Shown here piece by piece: positions 9,530 through 17,423 of a stretch of 64,000 bases of DNA (position 1 is its first letter; each line of letters starts with the position of its first letter). The stretch spans positions 12,820-76,819 of IMG/VR virus record IMGVR_UViG_3300021087_001082, one strand, 5' to 3'. Position numbers and translations under genes: made by a program. The notes beneath the pieces are model-generated. The model worked only from the letters and a program-made list of their open reading frames with translations, was not told where the DNA came from and did no database searches. The DNA comes from a virus (lineage: Duplodnaviria > Caudoviricetes).

Positions 9530-9590
9530 AATTAAAGAAAAGATTTTTGGTAAAAAGAAACAAGATTTAGATCCATTTATATATGATTGA
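9465..9590 (+). CDS. 41 aa peptide ending DPFIYD (not in ORF track)
   Basis: TTG start with AAAGGGA RBS; overlaps the carbamoyltransferase end and the next start. Confidence 0.45.
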   Translation: MSTQEKKPKLSLREQVLLFFLKIKEKIFGKKKQDLDPFIYD

Positions 9591-10071
9591 AAAAGTATTA
9601 ATCGGACCTGCAGAACGATTAAGTTTTATGTTAAGACAGCATCATCTTGATGGTATGTATGATGATAAAGAGTTGGGGTTTGATTATCAAGAACATTTGA
9701 TTCGCAAATGTTTCGAAGAGAAGGGTTCTGATATTTCTGTATATTTGATATATCAGAATTTTCATAAGAGCATAGGGTTTGATGAAGATAAAATATATCC
9801 TAGAGATAGAGAACATGCTGAAGGTAAGAAGACATTATCTGAAGTAGAAGGATCTCAAGGTAGTAAAATATTAATGAGAAATAAAAACGTAAAAATTAAA
9901 AAGAGTCTTCATTGGAAACCTTTTTTGGAATATTATTGTAATCATGAATTTTGGGAAATTGAATATAATAAATTTTTAAAAACTTTACCTTACTATAAAA
10001 AAGTTTTTACTAATTTTAACTATGGACATATAAAGGATTATGAAAGTTGGAATAATTGGATGCTCTCATAG
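9583..10071 (+). CDS. hypothetical protein
   Basis: 162 aa ORF in operon. Confidence 0.55.
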   Translation: MIEKVLIGPAERLSFMLRQHHLDGMYDDKELGFDYQEHLIRKCFEEKGSDISVYLIYQNFHKSIGFDEDKIYPRDREHAEGKKTLSEVEGSQGSKILMRNKNVKIKKSLHWKPFLEYYCNHEFWEIEYNKFLKTLPYYKKVFTNFNYGHIKDYESWNNWMLS

Positions 10072-10945
10072 TGCTGGTGTAAGCCAAGCAGGTCTCCTTA
10101 ATAAAGCAGGTGGATTTAATGCCTGGAAAGGTTGGCCTCGTCAATTAGCAAAGAAATTTCCTCAACATGAGATTCATCTATTTGCATCGCCAGGAGGTGG
10201 ACAGAATAATATGGAAGCTGCTTTGAGGACTTGCCTTGTTGAAGATTATGAAATGGTGATCCTTCAATTTACAACACAACGTCAAATGTATCCTTTGACA
10301 ATAGAAAGAAAATCAAAGAAGTATGATGGGTCATTAGATTCATGGTTCTATGCAGGTAATAGAGAAAACTTCTTTCTACATCAACAAAGGATGAAATGTC
10401 TTTCTATAAAGAATTATGTATTAGAACGAAAATGTGTTAAGGTCGGCCCCCATTGGGATAACCGTATGGGATTAGATCTTGATGGTACAAAAGTAAATAC
10501 AAATGAATTACCCCAAGTTATATTAGATGCTCTTATAGATAATGAATACTTTAATGAGATGGCAGAGACATTTTATAATTGTCGAAATATGTATAAGAAA
10601 TTATTTAAATATTTTTTCTCTATGTTATGGGTGCCTACTTATAAGCACGGTCCAACTAATAGCGATCAAGCTTTAATCGAGGTAGAAGGAAAGGTCCCGG
10701 TTTTTGTGGAAGAGTTTTTAACTGGTAAAGAATTAACAGACCAGGTGGATTGGAAAATAACTATATATGATTGGTTAGTTAAACATTATTCAAAAACAAA
10801 AAATATATCTCATCAAGATGCTAATAGAATTATATTTCATGAGTATAGAAAACACAAAGGACATTTAGGGGAAAAGCAACAACATGAAGTTTTAAATCAA
10901 TATTTACTTGCTAATGGAGAATTTTACGGAGCTTTAGATGGATAA
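10040..10945 (+). CDS. SGNH-like protein
   Basis: N-terminal IIGCSHS, ASPGGG and a C-terminal His motif. Confidence 0.5.
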   Translation: MKVGIIGCSHSAGVSQAGLLNKAGGFNAWKGWPRQLAKKFPQHEIHLFASPGGGQNNMEAALRTCLVEDYEMVILQFTTQRQMYPLTIERKSKKYDGSLDSWFYAGNRENFFLHQQRMKCLSIKNYVLERKCVKVGPHWDNRMGLDLDGTKVNTNELPQVILDALIDNEYFNEMAETFYNCRNMYKKLFKYFFSMLWVPTYKHGPTNSDQALIEVEGKVPVFVEEFLTGKELTDQVDWKITIYDWLVKHYSKTKNISHQDANRIIFHEYRKHKGHLGEKQQHEVLNQYLLANGEFYGALDG

Positions 10946-12188
10946 ACATCTACAGTTCTTAAATCATAGTTCATTATTATTAACTACATCTAAAACTAAA
11001 ATCCTATGTGATCCTTGGTTTAAAGGGACAGCTTTTAGTGATGGGTGGTCATTATTATACGATGAGTCTCATAACATCAATGAGTTAGACTTTGACTATA
11101 TTTGGATGTCACATGAACACCCTGATCACTTTTCAATACCCACATTACGAGAACTGAACAAAAGTTGTACTTTTCTTTTTCAAGAAACAAAAGATAAGAA
11201 AGTAAAAAAGTATCTTGAAGAAAAAGGTCATTTAGTAATAGAGCTTAAGAATAAAGAAGAAACAAAAATTGGTGACTTAAAGATTACATCTATTGTATGT
11301 GATGGCTTTGATTCAAGCCTGTTAGTAAAATATCCTGATGATAAGGTTTTACTAAACATTAATGATGCAATGGTATTAGATGATATAGAAGTTGATAAAG
11401 TTGATTTACTTACATTTCAGTATAGCTATGCAAATTGGGCTGGTAATAAAGGTGATAAAAAAATACCTAAGTATCTTCAGAGTATAATAGATAGTAAGAA
11501 TGATAAGGCAATAGCAAAGTTTAAACCAACTGCTATTATGCCATTTGCGAGTTTTGTATATTTTTCTCATGAAGAAAATTTTTACTGGAATGACAATAAT
11601 TGGATAGATCATGTGTTTAACAAATATTTATTTAATGAATCTTTTCTAATATTCCCTAAACCAGATCAATCAATATCATTAAACAATCTTGAGAAAACAC
11701 ATTATGATCTGTCTGCTTGTGCATTTTGGAAAGACAAATATAAGAATCTAATTATAAAAGATAAAGTTAAGCCACTATCTTTAGATCAAATTGAAGATTG
11801 TTATTTGAAGTTCAATAAAAAACTAAATCAAGAAAATACTATTGATAGTGATCTCTCATTAAATATAAAAATTAATGACCTAGATAAGATTATTAAGGTT
11901 GGATTAGTAGAGACCTCATTTGAAGTAGTTGATGAAGAAGAGACGATTAGTGTCTCATCTGAAACCGCAGGCTTCTTATTTTCTCAATTATTTGCAAGAG
12001 GTACAGTATGTGTTAATTCAAGAGTGTCTTTTAATTATAAAACAGCACACAAATTCTTTTTGTTCTTTTTTATACCTTATGCAAACAATATTGGAAAATA
12101 TTTTAAACAGTTTCCAAAAGATGCATATACATCAATAATGAAAACATCAGTAATGAGTGCAATTAATGGAAGTGATAACCTCGTATGA
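10938..12188 (+). CDS. metallo-beta-lactamase-fold protein (UlaG/CMP-NeuAc hydroxylase-like)
   Basis: NHSS, CDPWF.G.AF, SHEHPDH and PFASF motifs. Confidence 0.8.
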   Translation: MDKHLQFLNHSSLLLTTSKTKILCDPWFKGTAFSDGWSLLYDESHNINELDFDYIWMSHEHPDHFSIPTLRELNKSCTFLFQETKDKKVKKYLEEKGHLVIELKNKEETKIGDLKITSIVCDGFDSSLLVKYPDDKVLLNINDAMVLDDIEVDKVDLLTFQYSYANWAGNKGDKKIPKYLQSIIDSKNDKAIAKFKPTAIMPFASFVYFSHEENFYWNDNNWIDHVFNKYLFNESFLIFPKPDQSISLNNLEKTHYDLSACAFWKDKYKNLIIKDKVKPLSLDQIEDCYLKFNKKLNQENTIDSDLSLNIKINDLDKIIKVGLVETSFEVVDEEETISVSSETAGFLFSQLFARGTVCVNSRVSFNYKTAHKFFLFFFIPYANNIGKYFKQFPKDAYTSIMKTSVMSAINGSDNLV

Positions 12189-12241
12189 AAAAAAAACATA
12201 GACAACTTTATGATTCATGGAAATATAAAAAAGGAGGCTTA

Positions 12242-12679
12242 ATGGAATTTAATAATCCCATTTTTCAGACCCTATTAGGGTTAGTGATTTTTTACATTGG
12301 TTTAAAAATGTTTTCGGGTGGAATGAAAAGCATGGGTAAGTTAGAACACCTTGAAGTCTTTCTTGGAAATCCTTACTATATGTTTATTGGTGGTATTGTG
12401 ATGACTCTTTTGTGGCAATCTTCATCACTCTCTACTACTGCAATTATCGGATTGGTCGCGAGTGGCGCACTTCCTCTCCCCGCAGCAATCGGTGCAGTTC
12501 TTGGAGCTAACATCGGAACGACAGGTACTATATGGTTAGCAGGGATAATGGTTTCTGATGGAATGCCTCAAGGAATAACAAAACAGGTAGCCATGGTCCA
12601 TACAGGAGTCAACCTGTTCATGGCAGTTCTCTTGTTACCATTTGCTCAACATATAGCTAGGTTTATATCAAGATTCTGA
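12242..12679 (+). CDS. half-size Na+/Pi cotransporter family protein
   Basis: QSSS and GANIGTT signatures, hydrophobic; AAGGAGG RBS favours ATG 12242. Confidence 0.85.
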   Translation: MEFNNPIFQTLLGLVIFYIGLKMFSGGMKSMGKLEHLEVFLGNPYYMFIGGIVMTLLWQSSSLSTTAIIGLVASGALPLPAAIGAVLGANIGTTGTIWLAGIMVSDGMPQGITKQVAMVHTGVNLFMAVLLLPFAQHIARFISRF

Positions 12680-12702
12680 TAAATAAATCTTTACATTGGA
12701 AT

Positions 12703-12795
12703 TGGCTCTGGGGGTTGGATTCGAACCAACACGCCCCTCTGCAAAAGGGACAATACGTAAACAACGCATCACGTCTACCGTTTCGTCACCCCAGA
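12703..12795 (-). tRNA. atypical tRNA-Asn(GTT) with long variable arm
   Basis: TCTGGGG/CCCCAGA acceptor, G73, CCA; D arm ACG-AAACGGTAGA-CGT; anticodon arm ATGCG-TTGTTTA-CGTAT; 22-nt variable region; T arm GTTGG-TTCGAAT-CCAAC. Confidence 0.85.
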
Positions 12796-13013
12796 GTCCG
12801 TTCTTTTATAAGATGTCCCATTTGATGCTCTGCAAGCGCATCAAGGTCTGTATATGTTTCGTCGCATTCGAAGCAACTAGCAAATCCATTTTTCTTATAA
12901 AAGTTTTCTTCATCTATCATTTCTCTTGCTTGCCTTTGTAGCTCATTTATCACGTCGTGTATTCCATGTCCACCTGGGTAGATCGGAAATACTTTATTGC
13001 TACTTTTAGGCAT
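12786..13013 (-). CDS. small C2H2 zinc-finger-like protein
   Basis: CFECDETYTDLDALAEHQMGH (CxxC-x12-HxxxH); start overlaps the upstream stop. Confidence 0.65.
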   Translation of the reverse strand: MPKSSNKVFPIYPGGHGIHDVINELQRQAREMIDEENFYKKNGFASCFECDETYTDLDALAEHQMGHLIKERTLG

Positions 13014-13885
13014 TACATAAGTCCTGCTCTTTTCATTCCACTAATAAGTCTCGTCATTCCTATTCCACCTCCAAACCTAGGTCTGAAGTCATGCCCCAGA
13101 AATTCATCAAGTTCTGCTTCTACTCTTTCTTCACCGAATAGATCATACAATAAACTGGCATACCCACCATCTGATATTGTATGGAATTGTTTCCTCATTT
13201 CATCAACATCGGTTGCACGTTCAGCACTACCGATTGTTTCCATGCCACCAATAATAACATCGCATTTATTAGCAAGGCTGGCAGTTTTTTTCACATCTTG
13301 TTGACCAAGTTTCATGTTCCAGAAAGGACTTGTTGATTCCGGAAAATGGGTTAAAAAGAATACATCTCCATATTCTTGATACATTTCTTCTTCATGGCCA
13401 GCATCTAATTCTTCACCAGTATATTTTGCTAATACACTTTGATACATGCCACCCGGAAAATCTAAATCTTTATATGGAGCTCTTCCATGATCACAATGAA
13501 ATCCTAAATGAATTAATAAATCATTTTCCAGTTTTAATAATTCTTCAAAGTCGCCAGGAGCTTCAAATTCAAACATTGGGAAGATTAGTTCATGTCTTCC
13601 TTCTATTGAATTTTGTTCTTGCCTGTAACTTGTGCTAACACAATAACAACCTGGCAGATCAGGTTTAGTTAACAATTCATATTCTAACCACATTTGCCCT
13701 GTTTGTGGTAATGGCCATATTTGACCATTATAATTATAGGTAGCAACTGTAGTGGGATCTTCGCATGCGGCGAGGATTGATAATCTGCTTTGGGTATGTA
13801 CTTCTTGAAAATTACGTGAGGAAAAAAAGGAACGGAGTTGTGAGACTACATTAGTGAAATCGGTTGGATCGATTAAACTAGTTAT
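13013..13885 (-). CDS. class IIb aaRS catalytic-core protein (AsnRS/AsnA-like), no anticodon-binding domain, ATA start
   Basis: Motif 1 (LRSFFSSRNFQEVHT), motif 2 (SYRQE...RH...FPMFEFE), motif 3 (GGGIGMTRL); frame open 64 codons upstream of the tracked ATG, to an ATA behind AAGGAGG. Confidence 0.85.
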   Translation of the reverse strand: MTSLIDPTDFTNVVSQLRSFFSSRNFQEVHTQSRLSILAACEDPTTVATYNYNGQIWPLPQTGQMWLEYELLTKPDLPGCYCVSTSYRQEQNSIEGRHELIFPMFEFEAPGDFEELLKLENDLLIHLGFHCDHGRAPYKDLDFPGGMYQSVLAKYTGEELDAGHEEEMYQEYGDVFFLTHFPESTSPFWNMKLGQQDVKKTASLANKCDVIIGGMETIGSAERATDVDEMRKQFHTISDGGYASLLYDLFGEERVEAELDEFLGHDFRPRFGGGIGMTRLISGMKRAGLM

Positions 13886-13940
13886 AATACCCTCCTTTGA
13901 TAATTAAAATGTTAACCTCCTTTTATTTCACAAATCTTAA

Positions 13941-13948
13941 TATTTATA
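13941..13948 (-). promoter_or_regulatory. T4-type late promoter TATAAATA
   Basis: TATTTATA on the + strand, upstream of the minus-strand aaRS-like operon. Confidence 0.7.
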
Positions 13949-13994
13949 GAATCTCTTTATTCAACAAAATTTCTAAATAATCATAGGAGGAAGT

Positions 13995-14600
13995 ATGGTA
14001 ACATATTCACATTTATCAATGATTGCTTTTGTGATATTAGGTTTATCTATGGTGAGATTAATGATTAACTATAGTTCATTAGTTGCTAAAAATTTTAATG
14101 ATAGTCCAGATGATGATGTTGTGTTTTATTGGCCACATACGGCAATGAGTTTTATAACTTTTTTTACTATTATATTATTTTGGTGGACTTCTTATCCACT
14201 GAGAGATGTGAATTATTTTCCAAACGAAGGATGGAATTTATTTACATTTTTATTATATCTTTCAGTACCATTCTTATTTTTTATGGTTACTGAAGTGATC
14301 GCTCCACAAATTGAAGAACATAGAACGAAGGAAGTTAATTTAAAAGATTATTATTATAATAATCATAAGGTCATATTAGGGTTGGCAGTAATGTTACAAT
14401 GCGTTCTGCTCGCAAATCTTTTTGTATTCTTTAAAGGAGAATTGCTATCATTGAAAGTGATAGGCAGAGTCATATTGATTTGTGTCATGACTCCAATGAT
14501 ATTCAGTATCAATAAAAGATTACATGAAATTGGTATGACAATATTTTTTCTAGGATTCATCTATACCATAATAAAGTATCATATCTATCCAGTGATATAA
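13995..14600 (+). CDS. multi-pass membrane protein
   Basis: About six hydrophobic segments; AGGAGG RBS. Confidence 0.7.
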   Translation: MVTYSHLSMIAFVILGLSMVRLMINYSSLVAKNFNDSPDDDVVFYWPHTAMSFITFFTIILFWWTSYPLRDVNYFPNEGWNLFTFLLYLSVPFLFFMVTEVIAPQIEEHRTKEVNLKDYYYNNHKVILGLAVMLQCVLLANLFVFFKGELLSLKVIGRVILICVMTPMIFSINKRLHEIGMTIFFLGFIYTIIKYHIYPVI

Positions 14601-14731
14601 TGAGATGCGAGGGGCCTGGGGTGTCGTCCCAGCGGCACGCTCCTCCATTCTCAAAAAAAAATCAAAAAAGATCATTAATGATATCAAAGCGATAGCGCCT
14701 AAGTCGTTGTAATCATTGATAATCATTTCTG

Positions 14732-14760
14732 TTGACATTTTGAGCTAGATGTGATATAAT
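14732..14760 (+). promoter_or_regulatory. sigma70-type early promoter
   Basis: TTGACA-N17-TATAAT with extended TG. Confidence 0.9.
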
Positions 14761-14797
14761 ATAAGTACAGAATAAGAAAAGCGAACGAGAGAGAAAC

Positions 14798-17350
14798 ATG
14801 AGCGAATTACGAGAACAAAAATCAATCCTAGCTAAGTTGATGGCTTCCGAGAATATCACGGTCCGTCACGCTAAAGTTCCTACCGCAGGATTTGATCCTA
14901 AATCAAGAACCTTGATTCTTCCAATCCTTAAAGAGATGGAAGGAGAAGTCTATGACTTGTTTGTTTGTCATGAGGTTGGACACGCCTTATATACACCAGC
15001 AGAAGGTTGGCATAAAGTGGTTTCCGAACAAGGACCAAACTACAAAAGTTTTTTAAATATTGTCGAAGATGCCCGAATTGAAAAATTGATCAAACGCAAA
15101 TATCATGGTGCAGCAAAAGCAATGCATGCAGGATATCAGGTTTTGATGCATGAACGCGATTTTATGGGACTCAAGAAATATAAGATAGATATCAATACAG
15201 CCCCTCTGATTGATAAACTCAATATACATTTCAAAGGTGGATTACGCGAAGCAGTACGATTTACTGAAGAGGAAATGTATTTCGTCCACGAGATGGAAAA
15301 TCTTGAAACATGGGATGATGTAGAACAATTAACAGGTGAGCTTTGGGATTGGTGTTCAGATCGAGAAGAACAGTTACAAGAGTTCGATGAATTTCAGATG
15401 CAAATGGATACTGAAGAGGATTCAGATTGTGAGGAAGATTGTGAATGGGATGACAATGACAATATGCAAAATATTGTACCTCCATCTGAAGATAAAGAAA
15501 ATCCAGAAAATGAAGAACAGGTAAGTAAAGAAGATTGTGATGCCCCAGTTGATAGCTGTCCTGAATCAACGGATGGAGACGGACCAGAAGAACAGTTGAA
15601 AGCAGATGAAGATGGAAACAAACCTGCAGATCAATCTAAAGATGAATCTCAAGAAGAAGCTAAACCGAATAATCAAGCTGGTAGATCAGAAGGTGGAGAT
15701 GATGCATGGTATGATGAAGATCCTTGGAAGTGGAATAAGCCTGAACCACAATCAATTACTGATCAAGAGTTTAGAGCCCATGAAGAAGAATTAGTTCATG
15801 AAGAAGCGATCGAAATTCGATATTTTAATTCACCGAAACTGCATATCAAAAACAATGGTTTGATTGTCACTTATAAAGAGTTGATGAAAGACCACAAGAT
15901 CAGAATCGAAAAGAAGGTGGCGGATTATGAAGTTGAATCACAACTTCCATTTGAATATGCACGCAAGTATTTGAAATTAGTTGATAAGGATAATAAACCA
16001 GTTGTTAATTATCTCGCAAAAGAATTTGAGATGAAGAAGAAAGCCGCGGAATATAAAAGATCACAGACTGCTAATTCCGGACTCATATCTTTATCAGATA
16101 TTCACAAATACAAATATTCAGATAATATTTTCAAGAAAGTCACGATCGTTCCAGAAGGAAAGAATCACGGATTATATATGTTGTGTGATTGGTCAGGATC
16201 GATGCACGATAAGATGATTCCAACATTTATTCAGTTGTTGCAATTAGTAGACTTTTGCAGAAAGTGCGCAATCAAACATGAAGTATATGCATTCGTAGAT
16301 TATGCTTATGATGAAGAAGGGAATGACGTATTAGTAAAGAAGGAACAAAGGCCTTTAGAAGATAAGATAGCTGGAAATATTTCATCTGCAGGTAATCACC
16401 GAGCAGTTCAATTAATAGAGATCTTTTCAGATAAAATGTCAGCAAAAGATTTTCGTGAGATGAGAGAACAATTGGTTGTGTCTTTACTTCGATGTGATAA
16501 TGAGTTTCACCAAGCCCCTTATCAGGAAAACAAAAGAAGAGAGGCTAAGATAAAAGCAGAAGTATATGATAGAAAGCTTAAAATAATTAAAGAGACCAAG
16601 CAAGAGATTGTTTGGAATATGATGAAAGAAGAAAATCCGGAATTATCTACATGGGATTGGAGCGCGCTCTGCTCTCGATATAATTTTCCATTATCACGAC
16701 TTTGTGGAACACCATTAAATTCTGCAATTATGTTTAGTATTCCAAATGCAAATAGATTCAGAAAAGATAATAGATTAGATATTGTTAATACAATTATTTT
16801 AACAGATGGCGAATCAAATTCAGCTCATAGTTATTGGAAAGAGGACGAAGGTGTCATGAGGGCTTATAACATTGAAAATCAACTGGGAGGTGATCCTGTT
16901 CGTAATAAGCTGGTAGATACTGAAACAAAAAAAGTATTTGATTGGAACCGTAGAAGTAATTGGAGTGAAACCCGTAATACACTTGAGTATTACAAATATA
17001 AAACTTTTTCGAATGTGGTTGGATTCTTCCTTTGTACTAGTGGAGATACGGCTGGTAGGATAGGATCAAGGGATATTCAATTGAAAACCGGATCAACGTT
17101 CAATCAAGAATCATATACAGTTGCAAAATCAGAATATAATAGGAACGGATTTTTTATAAGTAAGAACTTAGGATATTCAGAATTGTATGTGATCAAAGCA
17201 AATAAATCAGTTCAGACGGAAGATGAGATTGATCTTGATACTGATAAGGAATTGTCCACGGCACAGATAACACGTGCATTTAAAAAGTTTCAGAAAGGAA
17301 AACTTGAGAAGCGCGTTCTGCTTAATCGATTTGCCGAGATGGTTGCGTAA
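14798..17350 (+). CDS. HEXXH metallopeptidase-like / VWA domain protein (CobT-like partner of MoxR ATPase)
   Basis: HEVGH, NIVEDARIE, acidic linker, MIDAS DWSGS, GTPL and ILTDGES. Confidence 0.85.
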   Translation: MSELREQKSILAKLMASENITVRHAKVPTAGFDPKSRTLILPILKEMEGEVYDLFVCHEVGHALYTPAEGWHKVVSEQGPNYKSFLNIVEDARIEKLIKRKYHGAAKAMHAGYQVLMHERDFMGLKKYKIDINTAPLIDKLNIHFKGGLREAVRFTEEEMYFVHEMENLETWDDVEQLTGELWDWCSDREEQLQEFDEFQMQMDTEEDSDCEEDCEWDDNDNMQNIVPPSEDKENPENEEQVSKEDCDAPVDSCPESTDGDGPEEQLKADEDGNKPADQSKDESQEEAKPNNQAGRSEGGDDAWYDEDPWKWNKPEPQSITDQEFRAHEEELVHEEAIEIRYFNSPKLHIKNNGLIVTYKELMKDHKIRIEKKVADYEVESQLPFEYARKYLKLVDKDNKPVVNYLAKEFEMKKKAAEYKRSQTANSGLISLSDIHKYKYSDNIFKKVTIVPEGKNHGLYMLCDWSGSMHDKMIPTFIQLLQLVDFCRKCAIKHEVYAFVDYAYDEEGNDVLVKKEQRPLEDKIAGNISSAGNHRAVQLIEIFSDKMSAKDFREMREQLVVSLLRCDNEFHQAPYQENKRREAKIKAEVYDRKLKIIKETKQEIVWNMMKEENPELSTWDWSALCSRYNFPLSRLCGTPLNSAIMFSIPNANRFRKDNRLDIVNTIILTDGESNSAHSYWKEDEGVMRAYNIENQLGGDPVRNKLVDTETKKVFDWNRRSNWSETRNTLEYYKYKTFSNVVGFFLCTSGDTAGRIGSRDIQLKTGSTFNQESYTVAKSEYNRNGFFISKNLGYSELYVIKANKSVQTEDEIDLDTDKELSTAQITRAFKKFQKGKLEKRVLLNRFAEMVA

Positions 17351-17357
17351 ATAAACC

Positions 17358-17386
17358 TTGACATTTTGTCAAACTTATGGTATAAT
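17358..17386 (+). promoter_or_regulatory. sigma70-type promoter
   Basis: TTGACA-N17-TATAAT with extended TG. Confidence 0.9.
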
Positions 17387-17423
17387 ATATCATAATGAAA
17401 ATAATAACGAGAGAGAGTATATT

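Noticed and set aside
12703-12796. tRNA-Sec or suppressor tRNA reading (8-bp acceptor, long arm)
   Set aside because: The anticodon is GTT, not TCA, CTA or TTA; an 8-bp stem would leave no discriminator; no in-frame stops interrupt recognisable genes
12696-12941. Plus-strand 81 aa ORF (and minus-strand ORF 473-796)
   Set aside because: These are antisense shadows of tRNA genes and real CDSs
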